A DNA stretch of 62,563 nucleotides, the filler included, from Asterionella formosa (lineage: Eukaryota): NCBI GenBank assembly GCA_002256025.1. It is 20 parts of 20 records of this genome, joined end to end, with 100 filler letters (N's around TTAATTAATTAA, not from the genome) between each part and the next. Parts side by side here need not be neighbours in the genome. Positions count along the whole stretch, not along the records: positions 1 to 3,045 come from NKIB01014541.1; positions 3,146 to 6,187 come from NKIB01014542.1; positions 6,288 to 9,329 come from NKIB01014543.1; positions 9,430 to 12,470 come from NKIB01014544.1; 16 more parts are not named here. One strand, 5' to 3'. Numbering within the stretch: position 1 is the first letter of the stretch; every line of letters begins with the position of its first letter. This document shows, one piece after another, positions 1 through 11,965 of the stretch. Below the pieces are notes generated by a model. The model searched no databases and was not told the origin of the DNA. It worked only from the letters and a program-made list of their open reading frames with translations. The position numbers were made by a program, and so were the translations under genes.

Positions 1-507
1 GAATAAATTGTATTTGCTTCCCAATCAGCCATATCTAGGTGAGGGAGACCACAAAGTATGAGCTCTAGCTCTTGGTGATCGAAAACAGACAGAGCTGGCT
101 CAGGAATGACATCAAAGAACCCAAGAAAGAGCTCTGTCAATTGAGGACGAACTCGATCCAACATGCGATACTTGAGGTTAGCTTCCAAGTAGTTATAAAT
201 GTTTTCATTTGTTACTTCTTTCATAGAACCACCAGGAATAAGTTCTACCTCCTTGCGGATACCAAGAGTCTCTTCAGTAGCAGTGAAATCAAGACATGTC
301 ATTGAAACATCCTCCATATTAGAGAGCTTCTTAAGAGACTTGTAATACTCATCATCCTCATGCTCTAAATCTTGAAAGGTAATTGGCAAGCCCATCAGAT
401 GTTTGTAGAGATGACGGACCAAATGTCCTTTCATAAGTTGCCGATCAAAGAGTGCTCAGCCCATGACACGGCCAAGGAATCTATAATAGACAAGGTAATC
501 ATCAGGG
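1..507 (-). pseudogene. HECT-domain E3 ubiquitin ligase fragment (Nedd4/Rsp5-like) with in-frame stop
   Basis: Manual minus-strand translation: PDDYLVYYRFLGRVMG*ALFDRQLMKGHLVRHLYKHLMGLPITFQDLE...EVELIPGG...VTNEN...GFFDVIPEPALSVFDHQELELILCGLPHLDMADWEANTIY; TGA at 456-458. Confidence 0.85.
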
Positions 508-858
508 CCTAACCCTAACCCTATCATGGAAAGGAGGAGTTAATTATGATGTGAACACCATGAATTTCTGTCCTTCTAGTGGTGCCACCATAAATTGCAT
601 TCCCGGATATACATTTTCTGGAATCGTGAGACCAAAAATGTTTGTGCAGTCCCTCCCTTTTCTTTGGCTGCTCGGTTGACTTCCATTACTTCTGGAGCCA
701 TGGGTGAAGCTCCTCTTCCAGCCAGATAATCTTTTGAAGCCGTGGGTGAGGCTCCTGGTCGTAACATACAGCAATCATTGCATATGAACAAACCAAGGAC
801 ACAGTCCTAACAAATAAAATGCAGGCGGACAAATCCTACTGCTTCACCAAACGTGTGA

Positions 859-1689
859 TTGAAGGGAATGCAGTCATTATGCACAGGGAAAAAATTTATG
901 TGCCCCAATCTCTTACACAACGCACCTTGGCATGGTATGATGAATACCTATGTACAACACTCTCTGAGTGCCTTAACTATGATTGATCCGGCCACTGGCT
1001 GGTTCGAAATCAAAGCAATAACGGACAAAAGTGCAGCTTCCATAATGGACCATTTTGATAACGAATGGCTGGCACGCTATCCACGACCACAAAGCATTAT
1101 ATTCGATAATGGTGGGGAATTTAAGAACTTATTTAAAGCTATGTGCGATAACTACGGGCTTAAATCTACACATACCATGAGATATAACCTGCAGGCCAAT
1201 TCTGTCCTCGAACGTGTTCACCAGGTATTGGGCAAAATGTTGTGCACGCAACGCATTGCTGATACTATCTCGGTTGAACAACCCTGGGATAATTTCCTTG
1301 CCGCGGCTGCCTGGGCTATTCGCAGCACGTACAATACGACTCTTGACGCCACTCCCGTTTAACTGGTTTTTGGGCGTGACATGCTCCTCAATATTGCCTT
1401 TAAGGCGAATTGGGAGGCCATCCGCCACAACAAACAGGTCAGCATAAATGCTTCAAACGCCAAGGAAAACAAATCTTGTATTCCCCATACGTATAAGATC
1501 AGTGACCAAATCACGGTCATCCGTCCAGGACTCCTCCCGAAATTGATGAGCCCCACTGATGGGCCACATACTGTCACACAGGTATATACAAATGGCACTG
1601 TCCAAATACTCCGTGGCATCGTGTCTCAGCGTCTTAACATTCGCCGTGTCCACCCGTATTTTGCCTCGGCAATTCATGGGGGAAAGTGA
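859..1689 (+). mobile_element. Ty3/Gypsy integrase, degenerate (stop at 1360-1362)
   Basis: ALTMIDPATGWFE, WLARYPRP, FDNGGEF, QANSVLERVHQ, AWAIRSTY, LVFGRDM and a GPY/F-like C-terminus (DGPHTVTQVYTNGTV...RLNIRRVHPY). Confidence 0.92.
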
Positions 1690-2234
1690 CCTATGGTACA
1701 GTATGTACCACGCTAGAAATACTATGTTAGATGGTATAAGTCCTCTATAATGTTAACCTTATAGGCTCTTCTTCTATACAGACCATATACTTGTTTACTC
1801 TCACTGTCGAGATTTACACAATACACACTGTGTATGTATACCAGGTCAACCCTAATGAAAGGTGTACCCTTTCATATAACGCACATGACTACCATGGTAC
1901 CCATATGTGGTACACATACATGTACACGGGATTGATCATGATTAGTACGTGATGCTGTATACTAGCCCATAGTACATATTGCATTATGTACCCGCAGCTA
2001 TTTATGCTACGAGATAATTATTGGTATATAGCTATGTACCTCAAGAATACCGGTAGACGCACGTAAGAATGCTAGGCTAACATGACACCTAGTAATATGG
2101 ACTCTTGACGCCCAGGCAGCTAGTACGTACACCTCTCATTAAGGCCCTTGTGAGTCCCCTTAACTTTGAGCTAATATAGATACACTAATCATTAAGCTCA
2201 TAATTACCCAGAACCTTCTTGTTGAATCCTGACA
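1687..2234 (+). repeat. Putative Gypsy LTR
   Basis: Starts with TG directly after polypurine tract GGGGGAAAG; non-coding; candidate CA end at ~2234 just before a gag-like ORF (end approximate). Confidence 0.6.
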
Positions 2235-2317
2235 ACTGTAGGGCATTATAAATTTATACCCCTTTTTAGAAAGAGATAAGTAATAACTGAAGTAAAATTT
2301 AAAACAAACAATTACTA

Positions 2318-2945
2318 ATGTCTTCTCCTAGTACTGTCAATACGACAAAGAATGGAATGATGGAAGCCCTCCTGCTACAGCAGAGAGGACCTCCTCCCAT
2401 TCCGTTCAAATCGGATTGTTCGAGTAAAAACGTGACCACCCGTGACCAGTATGTTTTGGTACACTTGAGCATTGACACCAGGTCCGAAGCAGTAGGCACG
2501 TTCGAGCAGAAGGTGAAAACCTTCGCCAACAGTACTGCCGAGGAGTAAGTACATTAGGTGGAAATTAGCATTTGCCGATGTTATCAGGCTTAAGCCCCTG
2601 GAGACTGGCATGGCAAAAATCGTGATGGCTAATGTCCTGTTAACGGGCGCAGCCAAAGACGCATTTGGTAGTACGAACAACTTCATGAGGAAATAAACGC
2701 GCTAAACAACCCGCGTGCATACGTCTACACACAAAAAACACGTAAATCAGGACGGGACTCAGACCAATCATCCAAAGTCAATCATGATACCGTAGCGAAA
2801 ATGATGAGTGATTGCAGAAATTACATGCGCAAACGGGATAAGACGCGTACTCCGCGTGCTACTAGATACCGGCGCAAGTGCCTCGATCATTTTAGCAAAA
2901 TATACGAACCCAACTTTAATATCTACCACCATAGAAAGGACAAAT
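2318..2945 (+). mobile_element. Degenerate Gypsy gag plus aspartic protease of a following element
   Basis: PPPIPF...KVKTFANSTAEE/YIRWKLAF gag-like text with a 4-bp insertion near 2546; protease motif RVLLDTGASASII at ~2850-2890. Confidence 0.7.
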
Positions 2946-3045
2946 AGTCCTACCATACCCACGGGCCAACGCCCCGACGGGTAGGGCAGACCGCGTACTG
3001 GTCAAGACTGGGGCTGCACACAGGTTTTTAGTGAGTGAAAGTCTC

Positions 3046-3145
3046 NNNNNNNNNNNNNNNNNNNNNNNNNNNNNNNNNNNNNNNNNNNNTTAATTAATTA
3101 ANNNNNNNNNNNNNNNNNNNNNNNNNNNNNNNNNNNNNNNNNNNN
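3046..3145. other. Artificial contig spacer (first of 19; others start near 6188, 9330, 12471, 15610, 18747, 21883, 25018, 28153, 31296, 34429, 37559, 40689, 43815, 46942, 50067, 53192, 56317, 59441)
   Basis: Identical N-run + TTAATTAATTAA (stops in all six frames) + N-run every ~3.1 kb; contig lengths mostly decline gradually from ~3045 to ~3023 nt. Confidence 0.99.
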
Positions 3146-3291
3146 TACTAGTGCCTACGAGGACAAAAAGAATTATAGCACGTTACTTTGTCTATGACAA
3201 GAAAATTATTGGGTGTTTGGTTCCACCTCGAGAAAAATGTACAGGGGGGTCCAGCAACCATAGGGGGGGTCCAGGACAATGAAGTATACGG
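3146..3291 (-). mobile_element. Partial second copy of the 648-bp CCGTATAC-TIR MITE
   Basis: Near-identical reverse complement of 27503-27648, ending in GGGGGGTCCAGGACAATGAAGTATACGG. Confidence 0.9.
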
Positions 3292-3923
3292 GTACTCATG
3301 CAGCCATACCATGATGGTGAAGGGAGGCAGCAGCAGTATCCAAAATGGACATGGTGAATCAGGAGGGTGTCTGCAGCACTACAGACTCCTGACTCTACCA
3401 ACTGGTAGGAAGAATAAATGTACCCCGGAAATTCAAGGTTGCAATCTGGATGATTCTATCGGTATATAAACCTGATGAGATGCCATATACCCTGGTACCA
3501 GGGTTCCCGTAGACATTTTAAATGAGGATAAAAAGTACTCCTTTCCGGGTACTCCTAAGTAGGTGCGTACTACAGTACCGGCTTAGTACTACCTTCTTCC
3601 GGTCGGAAAAATAAAACATACCCCGGAAAATTCAATGTTACAATGTTGATTCTACAGGTACTTGGTACTAGTGCTGGTATGACGGCATACCGGTACCTCA
3701 ACCAGATGCGTACTACTAATCAGGTACTACTTACTGTCTTGATCGATGAGATGCGGTTTCCGAGTCCTTCTTCACCTGGCGGCATCTGCCTTTCGCTAAT
3801 GCAACTAATGGTGTGATGATCATAGACGAGGAGCAAGATTCTCATCAATGTTATTGATGGCAACAACAACTGGATTCCTGAAACTCTTGATTCAATTTAT
3901 CAAGACGAAAAATCCCCGGATTC

Positions 3924-4885
3924 ATGAGGTATCCAGCCGTTTTGTTAATCGGTGGTGTCATCATCTTCCTCTTACTAATACGAGGATATGTAGGATTCGT
4001 CTCAACATTTGACGACCTTGGCAGTTCCCAAGACGTGAAATTTGATGCCATTGCATCGTCCGCCTCCCTGTGTCATCACAATCCTTTCTTAATCTCTCTT
4101 GCTGCCGACGACGACAAATTAGAACTACATTCAACGCACTAGTCAACGAGACAGCTTGGGATAGGGAACAAATTACTTTGAATCCACAGACAAATCACAA
4201 TCACAATCGCTTTCGTGTTTTTCACTAAGGGATCGATTGTAACTATACATGTGTGGGAGGGGCATGTGGGGATGATACCAGTAAGGTTGTCTGTGGTTTG
4301 GACGCACTACTACAACGAGAAGAAGTAGTAGTATCACGTCCATCATCGTCGCCTTCTTGTGTCGTGTACAGTATTGGAGGTAACAATCAATGGGAATTCG
4401 AACGTGACATGCTGGAGAAAACGAATTGCGACATTCATACATTCGATTGCACAGGAAATAAGAGCAGATTTATTGTGCCTCCATCGGATCGTCTATTTTT
4501 TCACTACGAATGTTTGGGAACTTCTTCCGAAACGAACTTTTTTACTTTTGAACAACTGACAACAAAGTATGGTCATGAGCAGGTTGACCTACTCAAAATG
4601 GACATTGAAGGTTACGAGTATGGTGTCTTTGAAGACATTTTCTCATCGGCTGATTTGATGTCTGCACCAATGCAGATCCTTGTGGAAGTGCATTATAGAA
4701 CATCCATGCGAGGTATTCCTGGTGCTCGAGCTGCTAATGGAAAAATTATTGATTGGAAAAATGAGACGGATCTCTTCAATTTGAACTTGAGCTTTTTAAA
4801 AAATGGCTACATTATTGCAAATCGAGATGACAATATTTTTTGTCCCAGTTGCTCAGAATTGACTTTAATACGAATCCTCTGTTAA
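3924..4885 (+). pseudogene. Methyltransf_22/METTL24-like methyltransferase with N-terminal TM anchor; frameshift near 4100-4140 and in-frame TAA at 4226-4228
   Basis: SKVVCGL, CVVYSIGGNNQWEFE, CDIHTFDCT, DLLKMDIEGYEY, PMQILVEVHY, DNIFCPSCSELTL motifs; an unrecognised intron could alternatively explain the breaks. Confidence 0.75.
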
Positions 4886-5656
4886 TCTTTACTTTTTCAC
4901 ATTTTGGTACTACACAATGTCTAGGACTTTTTCCAAATCATTCTGCCTTCTCGAACCTTTTGCTGTGGTAGCAGTAGACAAAATAGACTGGTGAGGAATG
5001 GCTGTTGGAGCCACTAACTGCAATGTCCTCTGCATCTATTCTACTCTCCACAATTGTGCTTTCAAAACTGATGTGATGCAGGGGCAGTTGATTGATTTTG
5101 CAGAGAAAAGAGGAATCCCAATGAACTAGCCAGCCAAATAAAACTTTTGAAGGTACTTACTAGAAGAGTATACTCGACTTTACTAAAGGTACCAACATGA
5201 GCAGCGGCAAGGGGATGAATCATTTTCTGGAGAACAGATTGCTCCCCTAGCTACTGTGGTAGTACTATGTGCTACCTGTTGTCCGAAATGGACAGGTGGC
5301 GAATGGGCATAGTAGATAGTACCTACCTCTAGGTTACCAGGTACCTGGTACCTGGTAGTCAGGATGGAGAAAGCTGGCACAGCAACATGTCTGCATAAAC
5401 ACAAATCATGCATGATGTCATTGCTTTTTGTAAAATGCAATACCGGTAGGGACATCAAAATTTATACTGAGCGGTCATGATACCGGTAGACTACTTGTTC
5501 TATGATAGATATGATAATATGGCAAACTACCGTATGTACATATTCGTAGCATGCTGGTACGAAATGGTATCTGTAGCTTGTATGTACTCCGAGTTGCTTT
5601 TTGTTGGTACCATATACCGGTTACTCCGTATATCCTACCAAGATTCCTGTAAGTGC

Positions 5657-6187
5657 TTAATTCCCGTGAGTACTGGTGGTGAGCGCAACACCAGAACCGT
5701 AAGTCTTACCTGATTTGTTATCTTGCCTTTCCTGTTTGACTGTTTCGAATCGTGCTGCATGTATTTTTTCGCTTCGTTTCCTCTTTCGTTTGAATTGTGC
5801 TTTATAGGCTCCATCGTCACTTCGTCGCTTTTCTTTTTGTCTCCAGAAGGATTCTTGCAGTGCTGACATCTGCATTCCACATTGCTTGTATACATTCCTT
5901 GTATATTGTGTTGCTCCTTGTGTGTGTTGCCCAGCAACCGAAGCCACTCGATACTGAAGGCCTCCAGATCCCGCAAACACCTTGTTTTTTGGACATCGTC
6001 GCGACACTGCATTGTTCATTGCCTCATTAATCTGCGTGTCAAAGGGATGATGCAACGATAGTAGCTTTTCGCCTTCGACTTTTGTTGCAACATGCAGCAT
6101 TAACCATTCGTATAAATCTTTTTCCTTTTCCTTGTCATGATATTTTCCGTTACTAACCATTTTTCCTGCTTTTACAGGGCACCATGT
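5657..6187 (-). mobile_element. Mutator-like transposase C-terminal fragment
   Basis: HPFDTQINEAMNNAVSRRCPKNKVF...LQYRVASVAG resembles the TQxNE..N..PK motif, followed by a basic tail ending KTYGSG. Confidence 0.6.
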
Positions 6188-6287
6188 NNNNNNNNNNNNN
6201 NNNNNNNNNNNNNNNNNNNNNNNNNNNNNNNTTAATTAATTAANNNNNNNNNNNNNNNNNNNNNNNNNNNNNNNNNNNNNNNNNNNN

Positions 6288-6646
6288 GGAATCCTGACAA
6301 AAGAAATTGCTGCCCCAATCGAAATTGGCATTCCCCATGATTTCTCTGCAACATCAAATTGATAGAAATCACCACCTCCGTTTCTGATGTTTTGTACTAT
6401 GGCTGTAGCAACAATTACTTCTTGTTCGGCACGTTCGAGCCCTTCCAAATGTGGTGGTAACTGGAAGTCAGGCACACTGTTTGGTTCTGTCGTCAAAGTT
6501 TCCAAACCACGATCAGTCAAAGCCTCGAGCATTTTACTCCAGATTATATGGAATTCAATGATGGCCGCATTATTATTTAGAACATCTCTCGTAAATACGG
6601 CAATCACGGGAGGGAAAGGAAGGACCAAGGGGGCAATCGAAGTCAT
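6288..6646 (-). CDS. Hypothetical protein, 5' part (truncated by contig end)
   Basis: Open ~120 codons with protein-like composition; no recognised motif. Confidence 0.35.
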
Positions 6647-8515
6647 TATTGTTAGTAGTAAAGAGTAGAAGGAGAGTCTGTGTGCGAGGATCTTAGCAAT
6701 GCTATTCTATTGCTTGGTCTAAACAGTTTACTGTTGAGTAAGTTTAGAAATTATAATGCAAGTATGCTGTTCCTGAATATCAATTATATTTGGTCAAGGA
6801 CAATTGAATAAAAATTTAAATTTGAAATTGAAATGTGGACGAAAATAAAGAATCACGTGACAACGGAAAAATATGCTGACAGAATACACCACTGATATAC
6901 AGGTACACATCGAGCCATCGAGGACTTATTGTCGCTAGGGATAGGATTCGGATGCCAGGGCAATATCAAACATAGCTAAATATTATCAAGAAGCTAATTA
7001 CCCCTCATTAGTCAATAGCCACACGTACGCTATATAATCACTTTCTGAAATCTGACATAAACTGGTAATGGTTCCTGGCTTGCGATGTCGCTTCGTCTGT
7101 TTGGGTCAGGTTTCATATTGAAACTGGCGAGTACCAGTACATATTACATCTGCGGTTTATGGCTTCGAAGGCGTCGTCATCACAATGCCTCAAAAGTGAA
7201 TTGAAGACATCTTTTATTTGTTATGATGAAATTCGGCAGTTGCCCTTCATCACGTTGTCCGTTTAAGCAATAAGAACGTAACTTGCTCCTATGATGAAAA
7301 AACATTCTTCATCTTGAATGACCCATCATTACATATGATTTTTCGAATGTTTCTTCATCGGTATCACATACCGGTATCTGCCGATATATTTCTGTGCATA
7401 AATGAAATACCGGTAACATAGCTACATATAACGGAATTATATTGACCCGTATAACAAATATATATGGAAACTCCGTGCTTGGTTCCTCGGTGTGTGGAAA
7501 ATGCATTATGAGCATCGGGGACCTCAATGTTTATTTTCCACATTTCATGCGAAATTCTATGTAGACGCGCCTACTTCTGCGAAATTCGCCATCATCAGAC
7601 ATCTGCCGGACACTATCGCTGATTTTCGTAGAAATGTTCGGACAGTCCCGGTAGGCCGGTTTTTCGACCCAAGTCTGAACTTCAATTCATTCCCAGTTTA
7701 TAGTTTTACACGGTATATCTAGCACTTCTATGTTGAACAGGGAGTGAAGTTTGATCATTATATAGCATTACATATTACCGGTACATATGCTTGGCATACA
7801 TACTACTGGGTATGTACTTCCAGTACTTGCATGTGTGTTTGTACAGCTGCCTGTGGTATGGGCTCAATGAGATAGCAACTCCATCTTGACCATGACGAAA
7901 TTATGGAGTTGAATATCTTCACCAATATTGACAATGAACAATTCCTATTTCTCACGTGTATGTTCACTAACAAAGATGAGAATATCGTTTAATAATAAAA
8001 TTTTTTGCACTAGTATTGACAACAAAAAATTGAAATCCGTGCTGGAAGTTAAGATATGACCAAAGTAGCGACAGTTTTGAGTCCACGATGATTAGCTTAA
8101 TAACTTTGACCAGATAAGGTTTTCTATGTTTTGTAGAAATAGATGAGAAAACTTGACCGACAGTATTCTCGGAGAGGGTACAACATTTCAAGATGCAACA
8201 AATTCCGCTACGTCAGTTTTGTAGTGACTTTCATGTACACACTAATTGTCGTGGTTCATATTTCTATGGAATCTTTATAAGGTCATTTGACAAGTTACTA
8301 TACCGGTATTGGTATTCACTTTTTATTCGACAGAGAATGCTACCCGTAGTGGAAGCTAGTGCACTAGTAATTTACTAGCACCGTGTACAAAGCCAGTACC
8401 TGATCATGAATGTTTGCACATCGCTCATCAGCATGACCATCAGTACCATTTGCTGTACCTGACACCAGGTACCTTTACTCATTACAGGTACCAGTACCAG
8501 GTACCAGGTACCAGG

Positions 8516-8712
8516 TGAGCGATCTTGCGCATCAATACAGATGTATATAGGGTTAGTGTTATATCATATATGTATGAGAACTCAATAATGAGAGAACTCG
8601 ACTAACCCTCATTGTATACTTTGGTGTCGACTTGGAGAACGAGTTACACACAAGGATTAACAAATAAGCTCATATATTCAACAAATACTACTACTTCTAG
8701 TTAGATACTTCA
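8516..8712 (+). repeat. Gypsy 5' LTR (~197 bp)
   Basis: TGAGCG...ACTTCA; homologous to reverse complement of 41582-41769, which abuts a PPT. Confidence 0.85.
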
Positions 8713-8749
8713 CTTTGAATTCAAAAAGAGTCCAATTAGAATTAACATT

Positions 8750-9329
8750 GTTGATGTCCTCTCAAGTTCCAGTGGTCCCATTGATGAAGGATAACAACAT
8801 ACTAAACATCAAGATTCAAACTTCTTTGTGTATCCTAACAAGCCAGGTCGACATTTCGAGTCTTACAGCAAAGATATGATCAATTGACGCTCAGGGGAAG
8901 CTTGTTTATTGATTTCAGTAAATCCTGTGATATGGCTAACACATATATCTTCAGTCCAGCAGATTCCTTGCTTGTTCACCTACTGCTACAAAAGATGACT
9001 CATAGATATCGTCCTGTCTGACTGGATGAGCGTTGCAATACACTCAGATGCTCAGTCCCACCATAACAGTCTCAACAAGAAAGTCATAGTGATGTGGCTG
9101 GAAGATTACCTTCTTCATGATATCTCTGAGAGTCAATAACAGTGGCTGGATGCCATGATATTACTCAATAAAACATTTCAACATGTTTATAATCGACTTC
9201 GTTGCCTGTCTCAAGACCTTAAAGATACTCCTAAAACTCATGATAACTCATCCAGAAGATCAAGAGGTTTCCGCCAAGGAAGATTTGAGGTTGATTGTCA
9301 TTTTGCTTGATCGACAATGCGTGGCAACA
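8750..9329 (+). mobile_element. Highly degenerate gag downstream of the LTR
   Basis: Directly after the LTR; broken frames with gag-like text (MSSQVPVVP..., WLEDYLL, RLRCLS). Confidence 0.5.
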
Positions 9330-9693
9330 NNNNNNNNNNNNNNNNNNNNNNNNNNNNNNNNNNNNNNNNNNNNTTAATTAATTAANNNNNNNNNNNNNNN
9401 NNNNNNNNNNNNNNNNNNNNNNNNNNNNNGAGAAGTCCAAGTTGATCCTCCGTACGGCCCTGAACAATGCAAATTAATAAATGCCTCAAAGAAGGATGCT
9501 AATATTGAAGCATCCTTGGAAAGAGTCAAGAGAATTGTTGCTGTGAGTTCTCAATAATTCTTATAGCCCAGGATAATTAAATGGTTATTTTTGAATCCGT
9601 TTAGTTACTGGAATCAAAATAGTGAATACAATAGTTTTCACTAAAATTCAAAACTAATCAAACCATGTTAAGTCGTTTGTCAACTCGTTTTAA

Positions 9694-10914
9694 CTATTGT
9701 TGGCTATTCTGTGGAATTTTGTGCGACAACAGTTGATCATCACAAAATCTGCGATAAAGAAGGACAAAGAGCTCCGCTCCGTCCTTCAAGTCCGTTTCGT
9801 CCAAGTCAGCAAAACACAATCTAATACATTGAGACAGACTACCAGAATTAGAAGGATCACAACGGTCACCTGGAAGAAATGATATACCTCGCTCGCAACA
9901 GTAATCAAGAAAATCACTTGCTTTCAATGTAGTTAACTCGTTTGAAAAAAGTCGAATCCATACGAAGTATCCCCCAAGCGGCTTGACAGCAATTTCCAAA
10001 CGATCATCTTGTAATAGAATTCCAACTAACAATTCGACCCGCTTGCAGTAGGCCGCATTGAGCTTGTTCAAGACTTCATCGGCTAATCTGGTCTCCAGGG
10101 CAGTTCGCATGAGATTTCCTATGAATGGAACGCAGCCGCCTTGCGATCCAATGTATCCATACTGCTTGATCCTTCTAATTGAATCCAAAGGACCTTCGAT
10201 CCAGCCGCATCGAAGTCCAGGTCCAAAGATTTTGGTAAATGATGAGATAGATATTGCACTTGACGACAACGAGGAAAATCGAGCGGGCCTCTTCCCATCA
10301 CGATCCAGTATTCTCCAATCCAGCAAATGATAAACTTCATCTGCGATAACGGTGAAATCATACCTTTCTGCTAAGTTACAAAGCTTGATTCGGTCGCCGA
10401 GATTCATGGTTCTTGCAGTTGGATTTTGATGGCTTGGAATCACATAGACGAATTTAGGCTTCATACCACCTTTCAATCTTTCTTGCAACTCTGCAAAATC
10501 TATTCCATGTGCTTGCATGGGCAACGATTCCACTTTCAGGTTGTGAGCTTTGAAGATACCCGCAACAAGAAAGTATGTTGGGTTTTCGACTAGTACGAGG
10601 TCGCCAGCACTGGCCAGGGTTGCAGAAATCAATTCTACCCCGTGACTTACTCCGTGTGTTGCAAAGAGCTTGCTTTCGGGGACTTTGCGATCGTCAGGAT
10701 ATTCATCGGTTTCGCATCGTCGCTTGAGAAACTCATTTAACTCAGAGAGGAAATCAGAATTGCCTTCTTCGTCGCCGTAGTTCAAGCTAGCAGATAGTCG
10801 CACCGTGTCAACGGCCACCTTGTTAAGGATAGCTTGTATTTCATGTGTCGGGAGGAGGGATCGATTTGGATGGCCCCGAGCGAAATTGAATCTCTTTATT
10901 CCATTCATTGACAT
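9694..10914 (-). CDS. PLP-dependent aminotransferase class I/II (2-aminoadipate/aromatic aminotransferase-like)
   Basis: Intact 406 aa; NFARGHP, LNYG, VENPTYF, IPSHQNPT, IADEVY, SSFTKIFGPGLRCGW (PLP lysine), PLGGYFVW, IRLCFA. Confidence 0.93.
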   Translation of the reverse strand: MSMNGIKRFNFARGHPNRSLLPTHEIQAILNKVAVDTVRLSASLNYGDEEGNSDFLSELNEFLKRRCETDEYPDDRKVPESKLFATHGVSHGVELISATLASAGDLVLVENPTYFLVAGIFKAHNLKVESLPMQAHGIDFAELQERLKGGMKPKFVYVIPSHQNPTARTMNLGDRIKLCNLAERYDFTVIADEVYHLLDWRILDRDGKRPARFSSLSSSAISISSFTKIFGPGLRCGWIEGPLDSIRRIKQYGYIGSQGGCVPFIGNLMRTALETRLADEVLNKLNAAYCKRVELLVGILLQDDRLEIAVKPLGGYFVWIRLFSNELTTLKASDFLDYCCERGISFLPGDRCDPSNSGSLSQCIRLCFADLDETDLKDGAELFVLLYRRFCDDQLLSHKIPQNSQQ

Positions 10915-11108
10915 TTGCGGAAAGCAATGATCGGGGCGGAAATATTTACTACGCCTAAAAGAGTATATACCGGTAAGATCGAAAGTATGAGCCGCCGACG
11001 CTCAAGGAAACAGTATTACCAGCCGATGTATCGACCATTAGCGGATTGTCATACACACATCGCTTTTTGAATTGCCGGTACATACCTGGTACTCCGTACC
11101 AAGTTATA

Positions 11109-11315
11109 ATGGCTTTGAGCCACGGCATTATATCGTTTTCTGACTAATTCAAGAATTGTGCTAAAATCGATCCCCTCTTTCGCCCTTTGGCACGATGTTA
11201 GTTAGTTCATTAAGCTACATATGAATTAGTCAATCATATTTTTACTTTAAGATATATTAACTGAGATCTATCCATTTTAAAAGTGACAAAACCAGTCGAA
11301 GTGGCTCAAAGCCAT
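11109..11315. mobile_element. ~207-bp MITE-like element upstream of the aminotransferase
   Basis: Perfect 15-bp inverted repeat ATGGCTTTGAGCCAC / GTGGCTCAAAGCCAT with AT-rich interior. Confidence 0.7.
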
Positions 11316-11965
11316 GATTGATTCAAATTTGCCATACATGGAGTTATTTTTATAGGCGACAGTAAGAAAATATTATATCGTTTGCATCTTTTTTCGCAGT
11401 AGTTGCATTGTTCTAATACTGGTGGTGTTCCCATTTTATCTTGACAGTTCCATCAAAAACTCATCGCATTTTTCGCAGTAGTCATTGCATCTCTCGTTCT
11501 TAGATCTTGTCATGCAATAAGAGTGACCGAAGGGTGAGGAAGTGGTGCCATTGCAGTTGCAACTGGTACTGCAGTGTTGCCATGCATCATGGTGTCATGG
11601 TATCTGGTAAGTAGAAGTTGCTTTGTTGTTGGTGATGGAAGATCGCCTGCTTGCTTGTACCATGTTGCCATTGTTTTCGATTGCACCACTGTTCACTCTG
11701 TCTGCTGTTTGTTTAGAGTTCTGATTGCATGAACCTTGTTTGCAAGCGCCATGTGTGCATCTATTTTTTATTCTCTTGCTCACTCTGCACTTCTTCCGCA
11801 TGCCTCTTCCTTTTCAGCTGGTCATCGACCACTTTAGGAACCAACAAGTGCCTGCCTGCAGCAACATGAAGACCAGCTGTGTATTGTTTATTGCTTGCAA
11901 TCGCTCTAAGTGCTGTTTCTTTTCGTTGGCAGGCAAGTTTGTACAGATTTATTCCGTTTCTACAT

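Noticed and set aside
456..458. In-frame TGA/TAA codons as stop-codon reassignment or selenocysteine
   Set aside because: Sporadic, co-occur with frameshifts, and the twin Copia copy has CGA where the other copy has TGA; ordinary decay explains them
3046..3145. TTAATTAATTAA as a biological motif, and ORFs running through the N-runs
   Set aside because: Artificial concatenation linker
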